Shown piece by piece: positions 44,675-60,128 of a stretch of 64,000 bases of DNA. The number at the start of each line of letters is the position of its first letter. Position 1 is the first letter of the stretch. The notes below the pieces were generated by a model, which had not been told where the DNA came from, made no database searches, and saw only the letters and a program-made list of their open reading frames with translations. Source of the stretch: Cyanophora paradoxa CCMP329. Lineage: Eukaryota; Plantae; Glaucophyta. A program made the translations under genes and the position numbers. Location: positions 124,001 to 188,000 of the forward strand of contig QPMI01000039.1 in NCBI GenBank assembly GCA_004431415.1, in the 5' to 3' direction.

Positions 44675-45190
44675 AACCCTAACTAGTGTCTACAAGTGCG
44701 TAAGCAGCGGTTCTGGTACCGGTCACCTGCTGCGGCCAACTCGAGCCGGGAAACAGAGGCAGTCAAAACCCCTGGCACGCTTTCGAGAAAACTTGGCACG
44801 CGCGCGAGAGCGTGCGGCTGCTGGGGCCGATCCGCGCGTGCGGAAAAGTTGAGAAGCGCTGTTTCAAGCAAGCGCGAGAGCGGGCGCAGGCCGCGGCGCG
44901 CAGCGCGCAGGCGGGCGCTCATCGAGCTGGTGGCGATTGAGTTCGGCGAGAAAAAAAGCGTCCGGCAGCCGTACAGCACGCTTGCGGAGACCCATGCTCG
45001 CAAGTGGAGGTGGCCGAGTGGTTAAGGCGCTTGCCTGCTATCTCTTCCGAGGCTGCCAGCAAGTGGGCTCTGCCCGCGTGAGTTCGAATCTCACCCTTCA
45101 CGGTTTGCCACGTCCGCGACGGGGGTCCACCCCGGCCGGGCGCCCTTTTTGTCTTCGAACCCCCCCGCGGCCCCTTTCCTCCCGCGCGGC
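44675..45190 (+). repeat. Inverted repeat arm R (516 bp)
   Basis: Reverse complement of 41450-41973. Confidence 0.95.
45004..45102 (+). tRNA. trnS: tRNA-Ser(GCT) with 17-nt intron (45041-45057)
   Basis: Acceptor GTGGAGG/CCTTCAC, A-box TGGCCGAGTGG, anticodon stem CTTGC/GCAAG with GCT at 45037-45039, long variable arm GGGC/GCCC, T-arm GTGAGTTCGAATCTCAC. Confidence 0.93.
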
Positions 45191-45588
45191 ACAGGAGCGT
45201 CCCCGGCCGGCGCCTCGCGTCGTGCCTCGCTCGCCCGCACCCTGGACACGCCCGGGCGCGCCCGGCCGCCGCCGAACTCGCCGCCTCCACCCAGCGTTCT
45301 CGGGCGCGCCAGGTCCGCCCAGCGTTCTCGGCGCAGCGCGCGCCATCGGCGGCGTCATCCGGCACCTCGCTCGCATTGATTCAAGCAGCAGCAGCTTGCA
45401 TTTCGGCCCGTTCCTTGTGATCGTGGCAGACGAGCGGCAGCGCGCTCTGGCCGGATTTGCGCGCGACTCGGAGCCCTGTTCTCGCAGGAGCGCCACGGCA
45501 ACAGGCATTTAGAGCGGCGTGAGCTGCATCCGTAGCCTCAAGTTCGAGCTCGGCAGCCCGCGGGGGCAGCGGCTTCCCGCAGCTTGCG

Positions 45589-47766
45589 ATGGAACGATTC
45601 GCACTCCTCGATCAGTACGAGCGAACGGTGCTGCGGGCGTCGAAGTTCTCCAGCTTCCCGCCGAAGGGAGTCAAGACATTCGCTACGCTGTTGTTCGCGT
45701 GCGCCTGCGCGCGCGCCCTCCAGCGATCCAACTCTAACCGACGGGCCCGGGGCCGGGGGCGGGAGCAGCTTTCCCCTGGCCGCGCTGCGGCGCTGCGTGC
45801 CTCGGGGAACGCCCCGCTACGCATTGGACGCTTTTTTCGGCCTCGTGCTGCTCGTCCTCCTGTGCGGGAGGGACGCCGCGCACGCCCTCGCCCTCGGTAC
45901 GTTTGCCGTCGGTTTGCGTCGGGCGGCCCCGGCCCGCGTCCGTTGCATGTGTTCAGGCGTTCGGCAGCCTTCATCGCGTACCTTCTCATCGCGCTCTTCC
46001 CGCGGAGCCCGTTCCTCACCTTCGCCGCCGCCTTTGCGTACCTGTCGGCCGTGTGCGCGGGCGCGAGCGGCGACTCCGCACGCGAATTCGAATTCGAATT
46101 CGATGACTGATGTTTGATGCGGCTCTCAGGCACGCGTACAGGATAGCGGACCCCTCCCTCTCGTACGACGGCGTCATCATGATCCTCGTGCTGAAGGCGC
46201 CCTGCCCGCCCTCCCTCCCCCGTCCCCTTTCGCTGTACCCCTCACTTCCTGTGGCAGGTTACAAGCCTGGCGTTCGACGGGGCGGACGTCGCCGCGCGCG
46301 GGAAGGCCGCCGGCCCCCCCGCCCCGCTGCCGTACCTGGGGTACTGCTTCTTCTTCGCCGGCTTCGCCGTCGGACCCTGGTTCGAGTTCGACGCGTACGT
46401 TGCCGCTACCGGGGTACGCGCGCGATCAACGACGGGGGGAAGGGCGTGACGCAAGCGACTCACCGCGCGCGTGCCCGCGCGCGCACGCAGGCCGGGTCGG
46501 ACCCGCCGCCCTCCCCGCCGCTCGGGCGGGCCGTCCGCTGCGTTCTCGCCTCCCTCGCGTGCCTCGGCGTAACCCTCGCCGCCCCCGCAGCCGGCCTCAA
46601 GGTGCCCGAACTCAGTACCCCCTTTCCTTTGCCCCATCCTTTCGGAATCCCCGATCGCTGTACCCCAGATCGACCGCCTTTACGACCCTGCGTTCCTCGT
46701 CGACACATCCTTCCTGCACAGGCTCGCCGCAAAGTGTGGGTACCGTAACCCCCTTCCGCACTCATACCCCCTCCCAGATCCCTGTACGCGTGGGCAGCCA
46801 TCATCTGCATGCGGTTCAAGGTGCCTCCTCCGCCTCGGTACCCCGTCTGCTTGCTTACACCCCTTCCGACCCGTTCCGTTCGCTTCGCAGTACCATCTCG
46901 TATGGTACCTATCGGAGGCTGCCTGCCTTCTGGCCGGCCTGGGGTACAACGGCACGGGGCCAGACGGCAAGCCGCGATGGTGGGCCTCCTACTTCCCCTG
47001 TGCTTTTATCGCTGTACCCCCCTCGATCCCCGATTCCGTACCCAGGGACCGCTGCCAGAACGCGGACGTGGTGGGGGTAGAGCTCGCGGAGAACTTCAAG
47101 GAGGCGAACAGCAAGTGGAACCGCACCGTCGCCACGTGCGTACCCCCCACCCGCTATAAATAGACGTACCCCGACGCCCTCGCAGGTACCTCGAGAGGTA
47201 CGTGTACCGGCGATGCGGTAGGGGCCTCCCCGCCACCGCCGCCACGTTCTTCGTCTCCGCCTTCTGGCACGGCTTCTACCCCGGCTACTACGTTCGCGCC
47301 TTCCCTTCCCGTACCCCCCTTTTCCCTCGGGAAACGGCTTACCCCCACCCGCGCAGATCTCTTTCGTCAGCGCCGCTTTCGCGGTCCAGGCCGCGCGATG
47401 TGCGCGCCCATCTTCTTACCTCTCTGTACCCCCCGCGTGCGTCGGCCTGATGGGCCGTCCCTCCGCCTCTGCGCAGACCTGCGGCGCGTCCTCCGCCCGC
47501 GCTTCGTGCGGCGGGACGCGGGGACGGGGGCGGAGCTGCCGCCGGGCCCGGCCAAGCGCGCCTACGACGCCGCCGGCGTCCTCCTCACGTCCCTCGCCCT
47601 CCAGTACTTCGGCGCGCCCTTCGTCCTGCTCCACGCGGGCCCCAGCCTCGCCCTCTGGCGCTCCCTGGGTTACTGCGGCCACGCCGCCGTCGCCCTCCTC
47701 CTCCTCGCCTCCGCCCTCCGGCCCGCCCGCGAGCCGCGGCCCAAGGCCCCCGCCAAGGCCGCCTAG
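45589..47766 (+). CDS. MBOAT lysophospholipid acyltransferase (LPCAT/LPLAT-like), multi-exon
   Basis: YLGYCFFF...GPWFEF, GLGYNG...W, WNRTVATYL.RYVY, TFFVSAFWHGFYPGYY. Confidence 0.9.
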
Positions 47767-48425
47767 CGAGGAGTCGCTGCAGCTGAGTTGTCTCCATGGG
47801 CGACGGTTAAGCTTTCTTTCTTCACCCCGCGGCCAGCGATCAGTTATGAACTAGGAAATTATTGAAGCGATCCATCTTTATCCGTATACGTAGCTGTAGG
47901 TTTAAACAAGCTTACGATTCGTACTACGAGCCATATGCATTCGCATTCAGAAGTCTGTTGAATCAAGCGATGCGTAGCCGTACTTGCACTCATGATCAGA
48001 TGTATTCCTCTGATCAGGCCTAGGTTCTTTCAATCGTTTTCACTGGGCCACACACTACCTGTCTATATATAGCTAACCTTTGTAATTTTAATTTTCTGGC
48101 AGTGGCCAGGCTACGTTCTCGTGCATTACTAATTAAAAGTTAGAAGCAATCCGTATACGTACTAGCTGTACGGTAGCCGGCGCCGTGTTTGCAGTCGCGA
48201 TCGCGATCGGGTACACCTCTGCTTTGTCCCGCGCGCTCATTCAATTTTGGATCTTGAATGTCTGCAGCCTAGTGCGTTAGCTTTAGATATAGGAGCAATG
48301 TCTTGCAGCCATAAAACATAAGCTTGAGCTTAAGCTTTGTACGATCAATTCCACACTGACATATGTATTCGAATTCATGTTCATCCGCAAGGAGCCCATG
48401 ACCATGGCCATGGCCAGGACTGCAG

Positions 48426-51400
48426 CTACGGGCGCGCGCCCCCGCCGGCGCCCCCGCCCCCGCCGTCGCCGTCGATGGAGACTCCCTCGATCGCGACGAC
48501 GTCGAGCTGGATGATGTCGGCCGGGGTCCCCAGCAGCGTACCCAGCGAGGGCTCCGTCCTCCCCCGGTCCGAGTGCACGAACTCCTGCGCATGCGGGTTC
48601 GAATCCGCGGGGGATCGCTCTCATTTCGAGCTCGGAGCGGCGCGGCCGACCTTGATGTAGGTGCCGCCCTGGGCTTCCACGTCGACGAGGAGCCAGCGGG
48701 GGTTGAGGCGCGTGCACGTGACCGCGTGCACCGTCTTCGGCCGCGTCGCCAGCGAGCGCCTGTGCCCCGGGCCCCGGCCGCTCAGCGCTACGTATACACC
48801 GGGTGTCTGCATCAGAGACGGGACTCGCCTGTGGAGGACCCGGATGGGGGTGCGCTGCTGCACTACCAGGTCCTGCGCGAGGGTCACGAAAGGGCGGAAG
48901 AAGGGGAGCGGCCGGGGTACGCGAAAGAAAGAAAGAAGGATTGCCTTCACGGCGTTGGCGCGGGCGAGGGCCTCGTCCGATACCGGCGAGGCGGTCATCA
49001 CCACGCACCTGCGGGGGCGCGGGCGGGTTCGAATTCGCGGGGCAGCGGCAACCAGAGACGACGACGGAGGAGACGGAGGGGCGAGCACGCGCGCTTCTTT
49101 CTAAGGGAGGCCTAGGACTTTATCTTAGGCGAGGGAAGGAGGCCTAGGACGGAGGAAACGGAGGGGCGGGGCCCAAATTTAATCTTGAGCGAGCGCGCGC
49201 GCGCTGCTCTTCGCGAGGCCGCGGATCCCTTAGGCCAGAGGGAGGGAGGGAGGGGGGAGGGAGGAGGGAGGGGGGGGGAGGGGGGGAGGGAGGGGGGGGG
49301 GTGCGCGCGCCGGTACGTCTTGCGCTTCGACTCCTCCACCGCCTTCATGCGCGCCGCGGGGTCCCTGCGGGCCGTACGTGTTAGGGCCCCAGGGGCGAGG
49401 AGGAGTAGGGGGCGCTTCGGACACTTCTGGACGCAAAACATTTAAGAGCGGAATGGGCCGCGCGCACGAGGGGAGACGGCAGAGGCCGCGGATCTCGACC
49501 AGCTCGCCCCCCGCGTTTTCCCCCGCCGGCGACGCCTCCGCGAGCTTCATCACCTGAGCGGGCGCCGTTGGAGCCGGGGGGGGTACAGGGGTGTACAGGG
49601 GGGTAGGGGCACCTTGGAGCCCGGGCTGAACCCCGCCTCGCGCGCGAGGTCGGCGCAGCCCGCCGCCCCGTTCACGATCGCCTCCTGAGCCCCGCTCGGT
49701 TTGCTCTCGGGAACAAAACGTCCCGCGGGGATCCGAGCCCGCGCGCTCACCAGCGCCCGCAGCTTCTCGTCGCTGAGCTTCGTCCTCCTCGCCTCGATCA
49801 GCTGCGGGGTACCGGGTTGACCGAATCCGACGCCTTCGGGGGGGGGGGGGGGGGTACAGTCGCGCCTGGAGGACGAAGGGCCGTCCGGTGCCGAGCATGC
49901 GCACGTCGACGTCCTCCCTCCCCGCCGTCGAGAACCGGTAGTCTGGGGGAGGGCAGGGAAGGCTGAGCGACGGGAGGGGTACGGCGCGGCGCGGTCCGGG
50001 GGGGGGGAAAGGGGGCAGGGGGTACCGGAGCATCCGTAGGCGGCGAGGATCGCCGGCGCGAGGACCTCCTGCGGGACGGGGGGGGGGGGGGGGGGGGGGG
50101 GGGAGGCGGCGTCGGGACGAAGTCTTCCTGCGCGGCGCAACGGGGGGCGGGGGGAAAGAAGGGGGTACCTGGACCGAGGTCTCGCTCTTGCGTACCCCGT
50201 TGATGATCCAGGGGGACTGCGAGAGGCCGCGCGCGTACTTGTGGTAGATGCCTGCGCGCCCCGCCCGCCCGCCCGCCCCAGCTTGAGGGAATGTTCGTCT
50301 AGGCCCGGGCGGGGCCGGGCCGGGCCGGGCGGGGGCGTACCGGATACGAAGATGGGGTCGTGGCCGCAGGTGACCACGGGTACAGCCGGCGCGTCCACGG
50401 GCCGCGGGGGGCACCCCGGCCCCTCCCCGTTCTCCCCCGCCCTGCGGCACCCGTACCCGGGTCAGACTACCCCCGACCCAAGATTGACTGTTTGAGCGCC
50501 GCGCGCCTGAGGAACTCGCGGCGGGTCATGAGGGGGCAGAGCTTCGCGGCAGTCTGCAGCGAGTCCGAGTGCACGTGGATCCCCTTCCTGCGCCCGGGCG
50601 CCAGACCGGATCAAATTGCATTCGTGGCGTTTGAACGTAACCTTTCGAGAACCCTCGCCTGGAGTTGTGCACGAGGCCCCGCCACCTCTCGGCCACGGGC
50701 CCCGCCGGGTCCGTCCGCTCGAGCGCCTCGATTTCCTGTGTGTGTGTGTGTGTGTGCGCGCGCGCGGAATCGAATTCGAAATTCGAGTCCAGCTGCGCCC
50801 TCGCAGCCGCGCCGCGCCCCTGTGCGGACCTTCGAGCTGCCGACGTGCTCGAAGCTCAGGGAAATGACGAAGTCCGCCTGCGCGGCCGCGTCAGCCGAGC
50901 GAGCCTCCGCCGATCCCAGAGCCGTCCTGTCGACCCCCGGCCCCGCCCGCACCTTGAACTCGAAGTCGACGCCGAGGGCGGCCTTGAGGCGGTCCCCAAG
51001 CGACCACTTTAACGCCTCTTTCATGTCGATGGCCTCCACGTTCAGCTTCTGCAGCTGCGTGTCGCTGCGGCGCGCGCGCGCGTGAGCCGGGCGGCGCCAA
51101 GCGGATCAGACGACGCGGATCCGCACTCAGGGACGCCCTGCAGCGAGGCAAGGTGCAGCAGCAGGCTGCAGTGGCGGAGCGTAATGACGGGTAGCGTCGT
51201 AATGGAGCTGCGGGGCAACATCGCTCAGCTGGACGAGGCCGCGTGTACGAGGGCGCGTCCCCACGCACAGGCTGAAGCTGGACGGCGAGAAGTTCGAAGC
51301 CTTCACATGCTCAGCGATAGCGTTCGCGATCGCACCAACGTTGGAGAGCACGCCCAGGCACAGGGGACACACCACACTCTGCGACCGTCGTGAGCGCAGC

Positions 51401-51620
51401 GGGGGGCGCGTTCCCTGACGCAGACCGCTAGATCGTTCATAGCTAAGCTCGCACGCGGCAACGCGAAGGCGCTTACCCCGTCGGGCCGCTCCAGCTCGGC
51501 GCTTCCATACTTTTGATAGTCGCGCGAGCCTTGGAGGCGGAGTAGGCACCGTGGGCATACGTCCAGCTGCTCCGCGCAGACGCGAAGCGCCTCGGCTTTG
51601 CGTTCGCCGCTCCAGTCCAT
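48426..51620 (-). CDS. PUS10: tRNA pseudouridine synthase Pus10, multi-exon
   Basis: CPRCLLR, YHKYARGLSQSPW, AGREDVDVRMLGTGRPFV, QQRTPIRVLHRR, AQGGTYIKEFVHSDRGRTEPSL, LDVVAI. Confidence 0.93.
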
Positions 51621-51727
51621 CGGCAACTTTTCGAGGCGGTACCCGTGAAGCGAGACCCTGAGACCCTCTGACCCAGAAGCGCTACAGCTCAGCCAGAGAG
51701 GCGAGCGGGGTTAGGATCGCAGGCAGG

Positions 51728-52963
51728 ATGGCGTCGAGCGCAGTCGCGCGGGTCTTGCTGGCCGTTCTCGCGCTGCAGGCCCTCTGCGGCGCGTCGGCGC
51801 TCTACTTCAAGCTGGGCAGCGGCGACACAAAGTGCGCTATGCCGCTCGCGATATTCGCATGTCGCGCTGACCTGTGCCTTCCCGGTGGCTTTCCTAGGTG
51901 CATTTTTGAGGACCTCGGTCGGCATCTCGCCCGCCCTGCTGTCGCTGCGCGTCTGCTGACGCCTCTTTTGCATATCAGGCCAGCATGTGCCTGCGACGGT
52001 GACCTACAAGTCCAGCATGAAGGTGCCGGTGCCGAAGGAGAAGCAGACGGCAGAAGACCCAGCAACGTTCGGCCCGCCCATCACCATCACTGTCCGCGGT
52101 GCGCTCCTTGCATCTAGAAGGCTTTGACGGCGAGCACGCATGCGGGCTCGTCGCGCGGCCGTTGTCCTGGACCTCCCTTCAAATTGCTTGCTGAGTTCAT
52201 CCCTTCAGCTCCCAAGGGCCGGGTGCTCCTGCAGCAGACTGGCGAGAAGGGCAAGTGGAACTACGCGTGAGCACCCTCGAGCGCTGCAAGGACCGCGCGC
52301 TGTTCCCTAAGCGTCATCTCGCGCAGCCACTTCGAGGCGTCTGAGGACGGCGCGCACCAGATCTGCTTCACTGCCGGTCGCAGCGGTATGCTCGGCTTTG
52401 GCAGCGCCGAGGTGGTGCGTTCCTTCCTTCTTCGATCGGGCTGTCGGGCCTCGCGCAGCATCGGGATCGCTGCCCAGCTTCAATGTCTTACCCATTGCTC
52501 CTCGCCCGCAGAACCTCGAAGTCGTCACGGAGTCTGGCATAGAGTCCGAGAAGTATCGGCTTGTCGGCGGCGCCGAGGAGATTGACGGTGGGCCGAGCGC
52601 CGCCCCGTCCCTGGCGGCTGCGCGCTCATGTGTCTCTTGCCCGCAGCCCTGCAGCAGCAGGTCAATTCCCTCATCGGGCGGACGCGCTACATCCACGATG
52701 AGCAGGACCAGATCAAGGTGCGGCGCCTGCTTGCTGGGCCTCTTGCCGGCCCCCGCGGCCTCGCCCCTTCCTTCGCCACCGCCTCACTTCCTTCTCCGTC
52801 CTTTCCGCAGAACCGGTGGGAGTCGCACCTGGAGCTGCAGGACTCGACCCTGCGCCGCGTCATGTTCTCAGCGATCATGAAGGCGGTCGCCGTCGGCGCC
52901 ATCGCGTACTGGCAGAGCAGCCACATGAAGCGCTTCCTTAAGAAGAAGAAGGTCATCGACTGA
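51728..52963 (+). CDS. p24/emp24 (TMED, GOLD-domain) cargo receptor, multi-exon
   Basis: Signal peptide, LYFKL...KCIFEDL, DGAHQICF, coiled coil, TM helix, WQ..HMKRFLKKKKVID. Confidence 0.88.
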
Positions 52964-53513
52964 TAGGTAGCTAGCTCCGCGGCAGCAGTAGTTTGCGTTC
53001 TTCGTAGTCGAGTTAGAAAGAATATCGAACCGAATCCTTTGCAATTGCGCATGCGGACATGTACAGGCCTTGCGGCACGGGGCGCCGGCGTTGCCGGCGC
53101 CAGATGCCAGGCGCGTCGGATCCGGAAGAGGCCCAGGCCCTCATCTCGAGCTCCCGCGCGCTGCATATTAGTGGTATGCCTTGGCCCGGCTCATGACTTC
53201 TTTCTCTCTCCATGGCGTTTTGATCTCATCGACCTCCATAGCAATCAATCTCCAGCTCGGAGTAAGCTAGACCAGCCCAACCCATACAAACCCCTCTCTG
53301 CTTCTCTTGCAGGACGCTTCCGAGCGAATTTCAATTAATCACTGCACATGGTTTGGTACATTGAAGAAAGTGCTGCATTCCTGTTGCGCCCCGTATCCGG
53401 GAAAAAAGCAGCGCCCGATGAGGGGCGCCCGTCTAAGGACGGGAGAAATAGGCAACGCTTCCATCAAAAATCGGCGCAGGGCCGACCCTGCTGACTAGAT
53501 TACAGCAAGGGAA

Positions 53514-55343
<1,830 letters not shown>

Positions 55344-55489
55344 TTTTCTCACGACGAACTGAGGGCTGAGGGGGGTGGGTAACGTTTTTATAGTCGGACC
55401 AGTTCGCAACCTGCCTCGGGTACGCCTCTCCACCTGTTTGAGTGGCGCGAACCTGCTGGAGGCCTCGCACAGCGCCGCCTGGCACGCGG

Positions 55490-57303
55490 ATGGCGGCTGC
55501 GGTCTTTCCGGCGCAGGGCACGTCGTCCCCGGTCCTCTTCGGCGACGGCTTCAGCAGCACGGACTTCAAGCTCATCGAGCTGCCGCCGGACGTGCTCGGA
55601 GAGCTCAGGGACGGCATGTGCGCTCCGCGAGCGCTCTCACGGCTCGCCCGCTCACCGCCGCCGCGCAGCGTGAGCATCCGCGGGTCCGAGGACGAGGAGG
55701 CGGTCCTCTGCACGAGCGCCCGCACCTTCCAGCTGCGGCTCGTCGAGTCTTCCAACACCACGCTGCTCTTCCGGCCGCGTGGCGAGTCGGACGATGCGGT
55801 GAGCGCGCCTCGCCGGCCGCCGGCCGCCGGTTGCCGCGGCTTAGCTGCGGCAGGAGAAGAAGGGCGCGGAGGTGACGAGCGCGGTCACGGGCCACCTGGA
55901 GATAGTGGAGATCGCGCCGCGGACGGAGAAGCTGCGGCGGCTGCTGCTGGAGCGGCCGTACGCCGGCCCGGAGCCCGACGCGGTGCGGCGGCTGGACGAC
56001 GGCGCGCTGGACGAGGCCGGTGCGTGCGCGGCGCGCGCCTTGGGCCGGCTCCGAGCGGCCGACGGGCGGCCGCGTGCAGCCGAGGAACCGGCGGAGGCGG
56101 ACGGGGCGGAGGGCGCGGGGGAGGGGCGGCGGGTGCGGAGGCGGACGGGCGAGGGGCGGCCGCAGCGGCGCGGGCTGTACACGTTCGCGGAGCTGCGCGG
56201 GCACGTGCAGGCGAGCGACGAGCAGCTGCGGGCGGCGCTGCGCGAGCTGCACGCGTTCGAAGTGGACGGTGCGGCCCCCGGCGAGCCCCCGCCCCGCCCT
56301 CCGCGTCCCCAGCGTCCCAGCGGCGGCAGGGTACTGGCGCGTGCTGGACCCGAACGCGCTGCGGGAGGCGATGGACCTGCTGCTCCTCACGGCTGTCGAG
56401 CGGGCGCGCCGGGGGCCCGCCTGCGGTCGCGCGCGTGCGGCGGGGGCGCTGAGGGCGGGGGCAGGACTGGCGGCTGGACGAGCTGAGCCTGCGGGAGGCG
56501 CTGGAGGCGCTGGCCTCGGACGTGGACGCGCTCGTCCTCGAGCACACCGTCCGCTCCCACGCGGCGCCCGTCGAGGCGCCCGCCGCCGGGTCCGCCCCGC
56601 CCCGCCCCGCCCCGCCCGCGCGGGCCCGGGCCGGGGCGACGGGCGGGGCCAGGGAGCGGGCGGGGACCTCTTCCGCGTGGACCTGGACCGCGTGTGCGTC
56701 TTCCGCGCCCGCCAGCTCCTCGCCGCCGGCCCCGTGCGCCCCGCCCCGCCCCGCCCCGCCCCGCCCTCGCCCTGCGCCGCGTGAGGGGGCGGCAGCGGAT
56801 GCGACTGGACGACTTCGTGGAGGCGTGGCGCGGCTGCGTGCCCGAGGGCGCCCGCCCGACCTCGCCCTCCTGCGGGCCCGCCCCGCCCCGCCCCGCCGGC
56901 CGCGCCGCCGGGGCTGAGGGGCGGCAGGGGCTGGCGATCACGGAGGGCGCCGGGGCGGATGCCTTCGTGCTCCACTACCCCGCCTCGGCCCTCCCCCTCG
57001 ACCCGCCCCAGGCCCGCCCCGCCCCGCGCCCCGCGCCCGCGCTGGGCGGGCGGGGGCGAGCGGGGGCGCAGCGGTTCGCGGCGCTCTTCCGGCAGCGGGC
57101 GCGCTGGGCGCTGGCGGACCTGGAGCCCTACGTGAGGCGCGCGGGGCGGGGCGGGGCGGGGCGCGGGGCCGGGGGCTGAGGGGGCGGGCAGGGGGCTGGT
57201 GCAGCCGGGGCAGACGCTGGAGCAGCTGCTGCTGAAGCACACGCGCGCGAGCCGCGACCTCGCGCAGCGCGGCGCCCCCATCTACTACACCGCCCGCGAC
57301 TAG
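55490..57303 (+). CDS. DCC1: Sister chromatid cohesion protein Dcc1, copy 1, multi-exon
   Basis: FKLIELP...IRGSEDEEAVLCTSARTFQLRLVESSNT.LL, VQASDEQL, RFAALF.QRARWALADLEPY. Confidence 0.88.
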
Positions 57304-58028
57304 CCGCCCTCCCTTGCAGGCAGCTTTTGGATGCAGCGCCTTCTAAGCATGTAGTCTGCTCTTTCCGCCCGCGACTAGCCACCCTCCCTCGCCGGCTCGA
57401 TCCGCTGAGCGTGAGCTCGATAGCGTGAGCTCGCGGGAGCTTTTTTTTGGGGGGGGGAGGGGGGGGGGATGGGCCGGGGGCCCGGCGGGGGTTCTTGTAT
57501 GGGGTGGGTATCAGGGGAATCTTCTTGAGCACATAGTCGACTGGACAGGCTAACTAAATCTTTGATAGGTCTTGCCTGGTTGTTTAATTAAGGCCCGTGC
57601 TATGGGGGCTGCTGAGGAGAGTGGAAAGAAAAGGCTGCAGTGAGCCGAAAGGTGACAGGAGCTCGAAAAATGAAAGAGGGAGTCGCGGGGGCTGCTAACC
57701 CGGCCGCGTCTGCCTGGCGGGCGGCCAGGAGGGCGGCGAACTTGGCCGCAGCCGCGGCGTTGGCCACGTCTTCGGCGTCGTTGGGCGGGGTGGGGGCGGG
57801 CCGGGGGTCTCCACCCCCGCCTCCTTCGCGGACTCCGCCGCCGCCGCAGCGGCCGCGCGCTTGCGGGCGCCCGCAGCTTGCGCCGCGATGGTCACCGAGT
57901 CTTGAGGGCAGCGTCGAGGGGCTCGAAGGCGAGCACCATGGAGATTTCGAGCATGTGGCGGGCCTTGGTGGAGTAGCCCGTGGACTTGGAGACGCGGCCG
58001 CCGATGCCGTAATGAACTACTATCTATG

Positions 58029-60128
58029 CTATGCTACGAACTTATACATACTTATGACGTCACGGCGCGGCAGAACTACTATGCTATGAACTGGGTACAG
58101 CACGACTCGATCAGAGCTGTTCCCCTGCACGACCGGGGTACATCCATTCTGGACGATTAAGCCGCCAGCTGCAGGTCCAAAGATGGGGTCCGAGATGCGC
58201 TCAATCATGTTTCCTGTGATGGTCCCATGGCCGGCCCTCAGCACGAAGATCCCGTAGTGCTGGTCGTGGATCCTGCCCCATGTCAGCGGAGCCCTTCAAG
58301 GGAGGGATCTCAAGAGGGGGAGGAGAGGGGGGGGGGGTCGGGGTTCAGAGGATTGCGCACTTATTGCCACTTATGACGGGGTCACCACCGTCTTGAATGA
58401 GGATGGCCGGGCCAGCATTGCCGCACACGTTGTTGCCTTCCAATGTGCCCCTTCCGTTCTTGTCCACAGAAATTCCGACATGCTTGCCGTTGAAGACTCT
58501 GCAGGATGAGGGCGTTAGAGGAGGAAATAGGTCACCAACGGTGGGCCCTAACTCCGAGTAGAAATAGGTCGCCCGTGGAAGGGAGGGGATGGAGAAGGGG
58601 GGACGGGAGGGGGGGGGGGAAGGGGGGAGGAGGATGGGGGGGGGGGAAGTGAGGGGACGATATCAGGCAGGGGAAGGGAAGGGAATGACGCTAGGAGAAT
58701 GAAGGGTGACTTAAGGGAGGAAAAAGGGAGCACCGGTTGCCCTTCACAAGTGGGCCCGCGCTTGTCGAGATCTGGATGCCCGCCAGCGCGTTGCCGTAGA
58801 CGTCGTTGCCCTCGACCGTGCCCCGCCCGTTTTCGACCACAAGTATGCCGGCCTGCTTGCCGTCGTGGAACTTGTTGCCCCGCACGACGGGGTCCGCGCC
58901 TGTCGAGATCTGGATGCCCGCCAGCGCGTTGCCGTAGACGTCGTTGCCGTCGACCGTGCCCCGCCCGTTTTCGACCACAAGTATGCCGGCCTGCTTGCCG
59001 TCGTGGAACTTGTTGCCCCGCACGACGGGGTCCGCGCTTGTCGAGATCTGGATGCCCGCCAGCGCGTTGCTGTAGACGTCGTTGCCCTCGACCGTGCCCC
59101 GCCCGCTCTCCCACACGAAGATTCCGCCCTGCTTGCCGTCGTGGACCTTGTTGCCCCGCACGACGGGGTCCGCGCCTGTCGAGATCTGGATGCCCGCCAG
59201 CGCGTTGCTGTAGACGTCGTTGCCCTCGACTGTGCCCCGCCCGTTCTCGCACACGAGGATGCCGCCCTGCTTGCCATCGTGGACCTTGTTGCTCCGCACG
59301 AAGGGGTCCGCGCCGGTCGAGATCGCGATGCCTGTCTTCCCGTTGCCGAAGACGTCGTTGCCCTCGACCGTGCCCCACCCGTTATCGCACACGAGGATGC
59401 CGCCCTGCTTGCCGTCGTGGGCCTTGTTGCCCCGCACGACGGGGTCCGCGCCGGTCTGGATCTCGATGCCCGTCTTCCCGTTGCCGAAGACGTCGTTCGC
59501 CTCCGCGACGCCCTTCGCCGACCTGTAGAAAACGATGCCCGCCCCGCCGCAGTCGTGCACCGCGTTTCCTGCGCAACACCGAGTCGGAAAAGGGTTGTGC
59601 GTAGGCAGAAGCGGAGGTGGGGTGCCCACCGCGCAGTTTCGGGGCCGTCTCCTCGCCCCTCACTAAAATGCCATCACCCTTCGCGCAGGACACATCGCAG
59701 CCCTCCACGTCCGCCTGACTGCCACCTCTGATCATCACTGCCCTGCTCTCCGAAAGCAGCGACGTGTTGCGGATCGTGATGCCCTTGACGCTCGGCGCCG
59801 TGGGCGTGTTGCACAACAGCGTGAAGCGCCCGTCCCACTCGAGCACGGCCTCCCGCGGCCCGACGATGTGCACATCCTGGCCCAGAACTACTTCTTCCTT
59901 GTACCTGTAGGGGTGGATCAGCGCCTGGGAGCGGCTGGTAGCGGGAGACGCGCGCGGCGCACCGGCCAGGGGCGAGGCGGATGGTCTGCCAAGGTCCGGC
60001 CCGCGCCACTGCGGCCGCGATGCTCTCCCCTTCCTGTACCTGAATCTCTCCATGGGCAGTAACCGTCTGCTGCAGGCATCAGCGAAAGTATGCGCGTGCG
60101 CCTTGCGCTGGCCATGGGAAGATTCCAC
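58029..60128 (-). CDS. Right-handed beta-helix repeat protein, multi-exon (5' end uncertain)
   Basis: YKEEVVLGQDVHIVGPREAVLEW; about six 46-aa units [30 protein letters not shown]. Confidence 0.8.
58740..59560 (-). repeat. 138-bp coding tandem repeat (~6 units)
   Basis: Near-identical nucleotide units within one exon. Confidence 0.9.

Noticed and set aside
57600-58010. Ala-rich coding-like fragment between DCC1 and the beta-helix gene
   Set aside because: No recognisable domain or consistent gene model.
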